Shown in pieces: positions 31,736 through 41,900 of a stretch of 64,000 nucleotides of DNA. The notes below the pieces were generated by a model. That model was given only the letters and a program-made list of their open reading frames with translations. It searched no databases and was not told the origin of the DNA. The position numbers and the translations under genes were made by a program. Source of the DNA: a virus; the IMG/VR virus record IMGVR_UViG_3300044639_001144; one strand, 5' to 3'. The first letter of the stretch is position 1, and each line of letters starts with the position of its first letter.

Positions 31736-31944
31736 GTTTTTATCCTTAATATTATTATAAAGAATAAAAATCAGTCTTTAAAATATAATAGTATTTAGTT
31801 ATGTTTCAATAATCAAGCACCTTACTGTGCTTGATTGTGTTGAATACCCGGTACCAGGATTGCCGACCAACAGCCGAACGAGTTATACTCCGAACGGTTA
31901 GGAGTTTGTTGCTTTGTATTATTTAGTGGCAGATATTCTGGCGG

Positions 31945-32700
31945 CTACAATTTTTTACAGTTATCACCGTGCCAACGAGCGTACCCGTTCACTGCTACAT
32001 GTTGATCACAATGTGGACATAATTTTTTTTCACGCTTTTTGCCCATGTTAGCTAAACTTCTTACTAACTTTTCTTCTTCTGTTTGCTTACGTCCACGAAG
32101 TTTATCACCAATTCTTTTACGAGTTTCTTCCGACACTTCAACACCATAACGAGGATTGCCTTCGCTCGTGTACATTTTACTTCTTTCTAATTTGTATTCT
32201 TCACTATACTCTGCTCGTTTAATCCCTTGCTCTTTTCTTTTTAGTAAAGATTGTTTTAATTTATCTATTTCATGTTGTGGTGGTTTTCTTCCTGTATTTG
32301 CTTCACTAATTCGTCTGCGAGCTTCATCTGAGTGAGTTTTTCCATAAAAACCGTTGCCCTTTCCCCGAAACTGTGTACTTTGTAACTTTGAATATTCTTT
32401 TTTAATACTCTCGTATACTCTTGCTGTTATTTTTGTTTTATATCTTTCTTGATTTTGATTTTCTGCTCGCATCATACGTAACGCATTTAACATTCTATGA
32501 TGATCTTTTCCGCTAGTCATTTTTACTAGTAGCCAATGACATATAAAATGCTCTCGAGGTGTGAGATCTACCAAATTAGTAACATCATCGGATCCACCTA
32601 AACTGCGTGGTTGAATGTGATGACTTTCTGTGTAGTCAGATAAAATGCGATTTTTGGCATTTTCAGTAATATTATTGTACCATTTTGTGTATTTGTTCAT
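31945..32700 (-). CDS. Free-standing HNH homing endonuclease with NUMOD3-type repeats and C-terminal Zn finger
   Basis: ESHHIQPRSLGGSD..NLVDLT.REHFICH.LL HNH motif, FYGKTHSDEARRRIS NUMOD3-like repeat, CPHC...WHGDNC. Start placed at ATG 32700 (MNKYTKWY), since the ORF-track start lies inside the gp23 terminator. Confidence 0.9.
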   Translation of the reverse strand: MNKYTKWYNNITENAKNRILSDYTESHHIQPRSLGGSDDVTNLVDLTPREHFICHWLLVKMTSGKDHHRMLNALRMMRAENQNQERYKTKITARVYESIKKEYSKLQSTQFRGKGNGFYGKTHSDEARRRISEANTGRKPPQHEIDKLKQSLLKRKEQGIKRAEYSEEYKLERSKMYTSEGNPRYGVEVSEETRKRIGDKLRGRKQTEEEKLVRSLANMGKKREKKLCPHCDQHVAVNGYARWHGDNCKKL

Positions 32701-32725
32701 AAGTTTATTTATGTTAGTAAGCTCA

Positions 32726-32754
32726 ATAGTAACATTTTTATAAACAAAAGTCAA
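32726..32754 (-). promoter_or_regulatory. Sigma70-type promoter for the HNH gene
   Basis: TTGACT-N17 (ending TGn)-TACTAT, starting in the U-tail of the gp23 terminator. Confidence 0.5.
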
Positions 32755-32781
32755 CAAAAAAGACACATTTCTGTGTCTTTT
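32752..32781 (-). terminator. Intrinsic terminator after gp23
   Basis: AAAAGACAC-AGAAAT-GTGTCTTTT followed by further T residues. Confidence 0.75.
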
Positions 32782-32822
32782 CTGAAACTTCCCATCCCTG
32801 AGTTGTTTGTATTGCGTTTGTA

Positions 32823-34019
32823 TTAACTAAAGCTGAGATTTTGGACGGCAATTTCTCCGACATAATCGGCAGCATTACCAAATGAACTTGCAGTATTCGT
32901 TAATTCCACAAATCCGTAACGGGTCATAAATGATACGACTGGTTCGAATGTGCTTGGATCCAACACAACGCCAGAACTCATCAGCGGAATGTATGGGCAA
33001 TAGAACGCAGCGGCATCAGCCTCTGACGAACCTTTGTACCCAACCAATACTGATTGTGTATCTGGAGCATAGCTGTTTACGAATACACGTAATGAACCAT
33101 TTAATGTACCAACAAACTTAGTGTTTGTAGGAGCTTCAAATGTTCCTTCTGTTGTACGAGCAAAAGCTGATGTTGTTGCAGATTGTAGTACTGTTAAAGC
33201 AGCACTTGAAACAACGGCCCAGTTACCAGCGCCACGACGTGTGCGTTGGGCGATCAAGTTAGCAACACGATTGATCAGAACAGCTAAAGCAGCGTGTTCA
33301 TCACCAACGAATGTAGCAGTACCTGATACTGTAGCTTGGTTGTATGTGTACTCTGTAGCAGCCAATGAGCTTAACGATAAGAGAATCTCTTGATCGATTT
33401 CAGCTGTGATTTCTTGGGCTAAAGCAGCCATAATTTCTGCTTCAACGTCAATACCATGCATAGCTTGAGCGTCTTGTGCTGACTCAAATGTCCAACGAGC
33501 TTGTAACTTACGTGTCTTAGCTTCAACAGCTTGTTTCAAGATCTGGATACTGATTTGTTTACCGCCAGTACCTTCCATTGTAGCTGTGTTGTTACCAGTA
33601 TACGCAGAAGCAGTAGTAGTACCTTGTGGAACTGTTGAGTATGCTGTAGCAATGGTGAATGGGCTTAAAGCTTCTTGACCAGCTGTTACACTTGTTGCGG
33701 CTAAGCTATTGTCAGTCAATGACTGAGCATAACGTACACGCAATGTATGGATCTGTGAAACAGGTCCTGTCATTGGCTGTACACCAACCAACTCGTTAGC
33801 AATAACAGTTGGCATTACACGACGGATAACTGGCAGAATTACACGGTTTAATGTAGCAATGTTGCCTGATGCTGTCGAACCCGATGTTGCATTTTCTTTC
33901 AAATACTTACGGGTGTTTTCGAGGATTACAGACATTGAGCTACGCTTTGAACCGTTAAGTCCTTCTAGCAATGCATCTTTTGTCTCGCCCCAACGGCTTT
34001 CTAATAACGCTTGTGACAT
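32823..34019 (-). CDS. gp23: Major capsid protein
   Basis: ILPVIRRVMP..IANELVGVQPMTGP, VEAKTRKLQARWTFE.AQD, EITAEIDQE and FYCPYIPL...TRYG: T4 gp23 family motifs. Confidence 0.97.
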   Translation of the reverse strand: MSQALLESRWGETKDALLEGLNGSKRSSMSVILENTRKYLKENATSGSTASGNIATLNRVILPVIRRVMPTVIANELVGVQPMTGPVSQIHTLRVRYAQSLTDNSLAATSVTAGQEALSPFTIATAYSTVPQGTTTASAYTGNNTATMEGTGGKQISIQILKQAVEAKTRKLQARWTFESAQDAQAMHGIDVEAEIMAALAQEITAEIDQEILLSLSSLAATEYTYNQATVSGTATFVGDEHAALAVLINRVANLIAQRTRRGAGNWAVVSSAALTVLQSATTSAFARTTEGTFEAPTNTKFVGTLNGSLRVFVNSYAPDTQSVLVGYKGSSEADAAAFYCPYIPLMSSGVVLDPSTFEPVVSFMTRYGFVELTNTASSFGNAADYVGEIAVQNLSFS

Positions 34020-34041
34020 TTAAGTCTCCTTTTTTTTCTTT

Positions 34042-35136
34042 TTACAGCCCTGCCAACCGCTTAAGATCAATGACGTTGCTTTCGCTTTCGTCTTCTTGCT
34101 CTTGGACACGGGCAGATTTATCGCCAGTTGCTTCAGTTAATGTTTCTGTAAAGACTTTTTTAGCTTTTACAGAGCGATTTTCTAAAACTGCTGGTAGATA
34201 CTTTTCAAAAGCACCTTTCAAACGTGAAGTTTGAACGCTTTCAAGTAAATTACGCATTACTTCTGCTTTTTCTTCGTTAAGAGGATTAAGCAAATCTTCC
34301 ATTGTACGAGCACGTACATTAGATTCTTTTAAGATGCGTACTTCACGTTCTTTAGATTCGACTAAGACAGTTGCCTTCTTAGCGAATTTGATGGCTTCAG
34401 CAATTTTTTGATCTTTTTGAGCAATCATATCATGCAGTTTGCGGACTTCAGCTTTTTCATTTAAATGAGTAGCTCCGAATTCTGTACTGTATGCTTCAAA
34501 AATACGACGACCAAAATTGTTCTCACGAGCAACTTGGATGTCTTCTTTCAATTGGCTGAGTTCAGCTTTGAGATGCTTGGATACAGCCTGTGTCATCTTT
34601 TCTGCAGATTCTTTTACGAAACGGCTCTTTAGTGCTTCCAATTGCCCACGTGCATTTTGAACTAAGCGAACCTTAGTTTCAACTACATCACGTTTGTCTT
34701 CTTGGAATTCACGGATTTCACGGGCTAACGCATGAACGATAAAACCTTCTAATTTTTGAAGGCCTTCATTATGTGTTTTACGATCTTTACGCAATTCACC
34801 AATTTCTTCTGCTAATTTAGATACCATGAAGTTGTTAAACTTGTTAGTATCTTCTTTAATTTTGCGTTGGAATTTGACACGATCTTCGGCAAGTGCGGCT
34901 TTTTCGGCACGAACTTGTTGAACTTCTGCGATAAGACTTTCTGTTACCATGCGATCTAAGGCTTCTACCATCACTGATTTGTCATGCTCATAGCGTTGTG
35001 CAAACTCTTCGCGGAGTTCTGCACGGGCTTGTTCTTTGGCTTCAACAATCTTGGCTTCCCAAGCTTCGTTGATTTCAGCTTTCGCTTCCTCAGTAACAAA
35101 CTCGCTATCTAATAACGGTTTCAATGCGTCTAGCAT
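34042..35136 (-). CDS. gp22: Prohead core scaffolding protein
   Basis: Coiled-coil, Glu/Lys-rich protein between the protease and the capsid gene. Confidence 0.8.
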   Translation of the reverse strand: MLDALKPLLDSEFVTEEAKAEINEAWEAKIVEAKEQARAELREEFAQRYEHDKSVMVEALDRMVTESLIAEVQQVRAEKAALAEDRVKFQRKIKEDTNKFNNFMVSKLAEEIGELRKDRKTHNEGLQKLEGFIVHALAREIREFQEDKRDVVETKVRLVQNARGQLEALKSRFVKESAEKMTQAVSKHLKAELSQLKEDIQVARENNFGRRIFEAYSTEFGATHLNEKAEVRKLHDMIAQKDQKIAEAIKFAKKATVLVESKEREVRILKESNVRARTMEDLLNPLNEEKAEVMRNLLESVQTSRLKGAFEKYLPAVLENRSVKAKKVFTETLTEATGDKSARVQEQEDESESNVIDLKRLAGL

Positions 35137-35137
35137 A

Positions 35138-35788
35138 TTATTTTCCTTCGATCTTCAGATCACGTATTAAACGAAGAACTTCATTTGATACGTATTTCTG
35201 TGCTTTGTTGCTTTTAGCCGGATCTTTAAACATTTCCAATAACTTTTGTCCGCCGGCATGGTTTAATAAGCCTTCGTAAATTGCTGTTGGATATGCGTTT
35301 GGAGCACTTGGCTGAGCAACTACATCAACAGTGACGATTTCAAAGTCACTGACATGTCCGTTGGAGTCGTTGACATTACCTGATCCACGACTACTAACCC
35401 CTAATTTCACACCTTGGTCTAACATTGTTTTCACAAGTAAACCCATTGGTGTTCCTAATATCTTTAATTTGCCATACCCACAATGTCCTTCCATCCACAT
35501 TTTTTCAATCATATGTGAAACACGATCTAAATTAATCTTAAGATCATCAGGATGGTCAACTTCACCTAGGACAGAGTGACCTGTTTTAAGTTGATTGTTG
35601 ATTGCGTCTACTGCTTTTTCAATTTCGTCTACTGGATATACACGCTCATTGGCATTTCGTATGCCGCCCTCAATACAAATACCCTTCATATAAAGGGTTT
35701 TGCCGCCATCATGGGCTTCCTCAGTTAAAAGTTCTACTTTTGCCTGAGTGAAGCTTAGATGTTCTTTGAGATATGTGTTGCGAGCCAT
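35138..35788 (-). CDS. gp21: Prohead protease
   Basis: N.NERVYP, GEVDHP, LGVSSRGSG and DVVAQPSAPNAY catalytic motifs. Confidence 0.95.
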   Translation of the reverse strand: MARNTYLKEHLSFTQAKVELLTEEAHDGGKTLYMKGICIEGGIRNANERVYPVDEIEKAVDAINNQLKTGHSVLGEVDHPDDLKINLDRVSHMIEKMWMEGHCGYGKLKILGTPMGLLVKTMLDQGVKLGVSSRGSGNVNDSNGHVSDFEIVTVDVVAQPSAPNAYPTAIYEGLLNHAGGQKLLEMFKDPAKSNKAQKYVSNEVLRLIRDLKIEGK

Positions 35789-35797
35789 ATCAGTCTA

Positions 35798-36691
35798 TTA
35801 ACCTTTTGGAAAAGGTGTTTTTGTATTAACGCCAGCTGCCTGGGCTAAATGTGGCTTTGGAGCTGCTGCTAATTTAGCATTTGCGCCGCCTTTTGCTGGA
35901 ACATTTTTGAATGAACCTGCGCCTGGTAAATCGCCACGACCTTTGTCAGCATAACTGTTTGGTGCTTTGTAAGCTGATGTACCGTCTGGATTTGCTTCAG
36001 AAGCTACATTGCGTACTGGCTTACCTTGCATGCCGGCTGCGCCTGAATTAAATGTTGTTGGCGATTTAGCATTAGCACCGTTATCACCCATTTTAGCTGG
36101 AGCAACTTTTTGTAAACTAATGTTTTCCATCACGCCCATATCAGCTTCTTCTTCATCAAATTCTGATGTATCGTCGTCAGCATAAGCATCACCACCAACT
36201 TCACCATCAACTGGATCCATGTCAAAATCGTCGCCGCCGTGTTCAGCTTCTTCGTCGCCCATTAACGCTTCAAATTCAGCCATTAATTCGTCGAGTTTGT
36301 CTTCTAAATCAACTACGCGATCTTCGAGATCTTCTTCGCCTGCGTCGTCGTCATGATCATGTTCAATATCTTTGGTCATGTCTTCTCCGTCATCTTCAGC
36401 TTCGTCGTCAAATTCAGCATCTGCATCATCTTCTTCGTTCATGCCGCCGTCTTGATCGGTTTGAACTTCGCGCATTACATCTTCTGTTGCAGAACCGGAA
36501 GTATCGTCCATTCCTTCTTCAATATCTTCTTCTTCGTCAAGCTCTTCGCTTTCTTCGCCGTCTTCTTCATTCATTAAATTTTCATAAATTTCGCGTGATT
36601 TCTCAACTACGATGTTATGGAAAAGCTCGCGGGCTTTTTGTTCGTCATCGTTAATCACATACTCGATTAACTGTTCAAATTTCGATGTCAT
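35798..36691 (-). CDS. Highly acidic prohead core/internal protein
   Basis: Asp/Glu-rich, low complexity; sits between the portal and protease genes, where T4 has gp67/gp68. Confidence 0.55.
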   Translation of the reverse strand: MTSKFEQLIEYVINDDEQKARELFHNIVVEKSREIYENLMNEEDGEESEELDEEEDIEEGMDDTSGSATEDVMREVQTDQDGGMNEEDDADAEFDDEAEDDGEDMTKDIEHDHDDDAGEEDLEDRVVDLEDKLDELMAEFEALMGDEEAEHGGDDFDMDPVDGEVGGDAYADDDTSEFDEEEADMGVMENISLQKVAPAKMGDNGANAKSPTTFNSGAAGMQGKPVRNVASEANPDGTSAYKAPNSYADKGRGDLPGAGSFKNVPAKGGANAKLAAAPKPHLAQAAGVNTKTPFPKG

Positions 36692-36788
36692 ATTATCTCC
36701 TTGGATGATGGCTCGTGCTAATACTTAGTATTAAGTAATAATATTACTCGATTATCGGGGAGAAAGTGACTATTTTATGTAATTTGTA

Positions 36789-37016
36789 TTACACAGGTGC
36801 CCCTGCAGGTTCTGCAGGCGGAGCGTATTGAGCTTTGACATATTTTAATTTATTAGTATGTTCTATTTTACGCAAATCATTCATTTGCCGTAATTTACGA
36901 ATTTGTGCCAAAGTTAAACGAGTCTTACGTAATTGTCCCATTTGTGGTTGGGTATTATCATTTTCTAAATCCTGATAAGATTCGGGACTTTTTTCGTAGA
37001 GTTCGTTTAGTATCAT
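36789..37016 (-). CDS. Small head-module protein (75 aa)
   Basis: Preceded by TAAATA; RKTRLTL.QI.KLR motif. Function not recognised. Confidence 0.55.
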   Translation of the reverse strand: MILNELYEKSPESYQDLENDNTQPQMGQLRKTRLTLAQIRKLRQMNDLRKIEHTNKLKYVKAQYAPPAEPAGAPV

Positions 37017-37045
37017 AGTTTATTATTTAGTTTATATTGTTAAGT

Positions 37046-38884
37046 TTACGCCCCGGCAGTATTTCCAGCTGGACTACCTACGCTGCCTGCACCTGGTGCT
37101 GTTTGCGAAGCTGGAGCTGGTCCTGCCCCAGTATCAACATCAGCAGTTCCTACACCAGTATTCGCTAAATCATCACCCATATCTATATCTGCATCCATTC
37201 CAGCAGGAGTTACACCCACTGAACGCAAATCTTGGCCTGATACATTAACAAGTTCAGAAAGATCTCTTTCTTCTTTCCACAATTTTTCATTTTCGAGGAT
37301 TTCTTCTTCAGTTAATCCTAAATATCTCTTTAATAAGAAACGTTTTGACAGATATGGCAACGGTTCAATTGCTGAAAATGTACTGACACGAGCTGTATCA
37401 AGCTCAGATTGACGATAACTAGCAAAGTTCTGTGGTTGAGTTAGACGTAAAGTAAAGATACTGCTATCAATACTAAACCCTCTCCAGTGTAAAAACATCT
37501 TAAATTCGTCATCTAACTTCTGCATAATTAGTTTTTGTAAACGTTCGCAGTACTTGTTAAAACGGAATTCTTGTATTAATGCTGTACCAACACGGCCGTC
37601 ATTCATTGGAGCTGAACTATCATCTGGCCCTGTTGGAAGATAACTACTAGGAACACGCAATCCTCGTGCCATTTTGTTGTTAAAATACTTTAAATCGTCA
37701 ATTTCGCCTAGATTTTGCCCACCCGGCAATACTTCAACTGAACTACCACGTCCGTCTGTTGTTTGCGGAAAGAAGTAATCTTCATTAACACTTAATGGAT
37801 TGTAACTAGCATCCATCATGTTAGATCCACCGCCAGTTATAGTAGGAATACGGCGTTGATGCATTTCGTTTTTAACACGCTCAACGAATGCCATAGCCAT
37901 GTGACTAGGCATATTACCCACGTCAATTTTAAATAAACGGCGTTCCGGAGCACGTTGTACACGATAAATCAATACAGAATCTTCTAAAAGTTCTTTTTGT
38001 TTATAAACTTTGTAAATGTTTTCTAAAATACTTTGCCCAAATGGCCAAAAATAATCTAATCCTTCATTTAAACTTAGATGTACAACGTGTTTAGCGTCAA
38101 TACATGATTCATTCATAGCTTGTGTGAAGCGACTATTGCCTGTTCCCCCACCACCACCACCGCCGCCACCACCATTAGGTGCGTTATAATTACCGCCTGT
38201 TGTAACCGACCCAGTTGAACGGCTTACATAATAATCAGATGTGGTCTTAGCCGCCATACTCATATTTTGGAAGTTAGGATTAATGTCACGAATAATATAT
38301 TGTTCAGGGCGTTTGCCTTCCGACTCGTTAACAATAATACGAGCCACTTTAATCATGTCAATCCAATACATTTCAAATGTTTCTGGATCACGAACAAATA
38401 CTTGATCACCGTATTTGATAGCGTTTCTAAACAATTTAAAAATACGCTGATCTAATTTGTTTAACTTAGTCCATTGCTGCAATTGTTTTTTAATAATTTC
38501 AATTTCATGATCAGTTGGATTTTCAGCAAAATCAATATCAAAAGGAGTACCGTTGTCGCCATTGGCTTGTGTACTAAATTCAGCAATAATATCTAAGCAA
38601 GCGTTTACTTCGCTATCACAATCCATATTTTCATATTGATTATAACGTTCTAATCTATTTGGATGTCCTGAATAAACTTCAGGTAATCTACTTGCGTAAT
38701 TACGAAATGCAAATTCGTTTCGTGTTCCACTTTCAAAATCAGAACCTGGTCTGTTATAACCTGGTAGTCCAAAATTATTCTTGCCTGAAATAGGGCTAAG
38801 TTGACCCATCTGATTTGTATCAGCGAGTTTAAAATATTTGCGCCAAGAGCCGTTGCGTCCGTTAGTACCGTTTGAAGTTGCCAT
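37046..38884 (-). CDS. gp20: Portal vertex protein
   Basis: LLEDSVLIYRVQRAPERRLFKIDVGNMP, EDYFFP...GRGSSVEVLPGGQNLGEIDDLKYF and LRVPSSYL: T4 gp20 motifs. Confidence 0.95.
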   Translation of the reverse strand: MATSNGTNGRNGSWRKYFKLADTNQMGQLSPISGKNNFGLPGYNRPGSDFESGTRNEFAFRNYASRLPEVYSGHPNRLERYNQYENMDCDSEVNACLDIIAEFSTQANGDNGTPFDIDFAENPTDHEIEIIKKQLQQWTKLNKLDQRIFKLFRNAIKYGDQVFVRDPETFEMYWIDMIKVARIIVNESEGKRPEQYIIRDINPNFQNMSMAAKTTSDYYVSRSTGSVTTGGNYNAPNGGGGGGGGGGTGNSRFTQAMNESCIDAKHVVHLSLNEGLDYFWPFGQSILENIYKVYKQKELLEDSVLIYRVQRAPERRLFKIDVGNMPSHMAMAFVERVKNEMHQRRIPTITGGGSNMMDASYNPLSVNEDYFFPQTTDGRGSSVEVLPGGQNLGEIDDLKYFNNKMARGLRVPSSYLPTGPDDSSAPMNDGRVGTALIQEFRFNKYCERLQKLIMQKLDDEFKMFLHWRGFSIDSSIFTLRLTQPQNFASYRQSELDTARVSTFSAIEPLPYLSKRFLLKRYLGLTEEEILENEKLWKEERDLSELVNVSGQDLRSVGVTPAGMDADIDMGDDLANTGVGTADVDTGAGPAPASQTAPGAGSVGSPAGNTAGA

Positions 38885-38902
38885 AGTCTGTTATTTAGTT
38901 CA

Positions 38903-41900
38903 TTAACCTTGTAGTTGTAATAACTCTTTCGACATATTAGCGTGTTTTGTCATACCATCAACTAATAATCCTAATTTTTGTACCTTTTCTGCAAGTAATG
39001 ATGCAATTATTGTAGCCGATCCGTCATCTTGATTCGGCATATCTAATGGTATTGACTTGCCATCAGGTAAAGGTACAACAGCTTCGTCGCCGTGTAGCAT
39101 TGCTTGATACCCATCTTTAGGTCCAGTCAATACACCACCTAACTGAGCCGATTGCATTTTTTTACCTTCTGCACCTTCGATAGGCGCTGCTGCTACAGAT
39201 GCAGCAGGAATTTCAGCAGCGGCTGTTCCCACTGGTGCAGTTGCAGATGCCGTCTGAGTAGCTGCTCCCCCACCTTTTTTCATAAATGACAAATCAGCTA
39301 CTTTTTCTGAGCCAAATTGACCTGTTTCCAAATTTCTTGCGTATGCGTCTTTCTTTCGTTGCTCTGTTACTGCATTTGAATTACCAATACTTCGTGCTAC
39401 CTGTGTATATGGATCTGCACCTGGATTTCGTTTCATTCCATCTAGCATCATCATAACCGCAATTTTAGCGGCAATTTTTGGATCATTGGCTAAATCTGGA
39501 TTTCCAACTAGGTCTATGCCTAATTTTTCGCCGTATTTTTTATAATTTGTTTTAAAAGTAATACCAATAAATCCACGACCGCGATATTTGTATCCATCCC
39601 CAGGTTGGTCATTGCCATAACCCTTAAACGCAGGATTTTTGTCACCATACACATAGTCAAAGAATTTTACAGGATCTGCTTTTAATGCAGTCAACTCATC
39701 ATCTGGCATTTTACCAAAAATAGATCCTGCTCCAAATGATTTTCTAATATTTTCGTTACTAGTATTTTGGTAACCAATCTCTGATTGCATTTTAAAACCA
39801 GACTCTCCTTCGGCAGCAGCAGCCATAGAGGCTCTTATTTTAGGATCAGTAACTCCTAACTCGTTCATTGCTTGTAACAATAGTTGTTGATTCTGACCAA
39901 CAGTAGTAGGGCCAGTGCCCTCTGCTAATCCGCCTGCTTTTTCTGTTTCTGCTGTACCGCCAGCTACACTACCAGTACCTCCTGCATTAAGTTTCATAGC
40001 ATTAGCAGCACTACCACCTGGGCTACCACTAGGAGTACCTTCTGCTGCACCTGGGCTACCGCCAGCACTACCACCGGCACTGCCACCTGGGCTACCGCCA
40101 GCACTGCCACCACTACTACCGCTACTGCCACCAGCACTGCCACCGCTACTGCCGCTACTGCCACCGCTACTGCCGCTACTGCCACCAGCACTACTACCAA
40201 CCATGTTATTCAACATAGCCTTACTTCTGTTTAATAAAGAATTTGTGCCAGTTAATTTGCCTGAAGAATCTGCACCACTGCTACCAGTAGAACGTAATTC
40301 TAACATAGCACTCAATGTCTCGAAAGATTTTTGTGTAGGATTAATGCCTTTTGAAACTATTCTAGTAGTTAATTCAGTAATACTGTTTAATTTAGCAGAG
40401 TTTATTTCTAAACTTTTATCAGCATCACTTTTTGCTAACTGTTGATTGGCTAATTGTTCTTTGCTTGTTTTAGCAGTAGTAGTTGTATAATTATTTTGTA
40501 ATATACCTGCTCTCGATAATTCATTCGATATTACCTTGAAAGGATTAACAAACCATACAGAGCCATTTTCTTTATTAGAGTTAGGTTTTTCTGTAGGTTG
40601 ATTGGCAAATGCGGATCTAGTAGTAGCCATACCAGAAGGAATTTCCGATAATGTTTGTGTTATTCCTGTATTTCTATCTCTGTTTGTAGTATTTGTAGTA
40701 TTTGTAGTATTTGTAGTATTTCTAGCAGCATTAGAGTTAGGTTTTTCTGTAGGTTGATTGGCAAATGCGGATCTAGTAGTAGCCATACCAGAAGGAATTT
40801 CCGATAGTGTTTGTGTTATTCCTGTATTTCTATCTCTGTTTGTAGTATTTGTAGTATTTCTAGCAGCGGTAGTAGCAGTAGCAGCAATAGCAGCAATAGG
40901 AACCGCAGCAGTAGCAGCAGTAGCAGCAATAGGAACCGCAGCGGTAGTAGCAGTAGTAGCAGCGGTAGTAGCAGCAGCGGTAGTAGCAGTAGCATTTCTA
41001 CTCATACCTCTAGTATTAGTATCACTGCCCGTCGATCTACCAGGCATAACTCTAGCATTTTCATCTCCGGCACCGCTTGATTTTCCAAAACCAAATAATC
41101 CCCTGGCTTTATCCCATAACGTAGTTCCGCCACCTGCCTGTCCTTCTTTACCTGCTGCTTGCCCTGCCACACCTGCTGTTTGTTGGGCTAACCCCGATAT
41201 TAATTTAAGGGCTGATGTTGCAGGACCAATACCTTTATTAATCACTGCGTCTGCAGATTGTGTTGCATTGCGTTGAGCATTTTTTATCGCAGCCATTCTA
41301 GCAGCATTTGGATCTGCTGCACCTGTTTTTTGTGCTTCTTGGTCTGCTATAGCTTTAGCATTGGTTGCCACATAATCTTTTGTGCTAATAGCACTTAAAG
41401 CCATAATGCCTGTTACTGGCCCCATCAATCGTTCCATCTCACCAGCTTGTGCTGTTCCGAGATTGTTTTCCATTGTAGTAGTAGCTTCTTTACCTAAACT
41501 ATCAAAAAGTACATTGGCGTTCTTTTCCCCCGCTTGAATTTGTTTAACTAGATTAGGGAATGCTCGATTAAATTTAACAAATGCAGGGTCATTAACAGCA
41601 TTTGATAATACCATTGCCAATCCATCAGATTGTGATTCTGCACCAGCGGCTGTCATCATCGACATTAAATCTCGATTACGATTAAGTTCCGCTTCTGCTT
41701 CTTTTGAACCTACTCCACCAGCATCTACTTTTCGTTGCAATTCTACTTGATTGGCATTAAATTGCTCTAGACGCATAGCTTTTGCATAAGCTTCGTTTTG
41801 TCTTTCAGCATTTAATCCAGTTAATTTAGCTAATCGATCTTGTTCAAAGATATATTTTGTAGTGCCAGCTGTAAGTTCTGCTGTGGTTTTTATTTTCGAA

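Noticed and set aside
32701-32766. ORF-track N-terminal extension of the HNH gene
   Set aside because: It lies in the gp23 terminator and promoter region; ATG 32700 after TAAATA is the better start.
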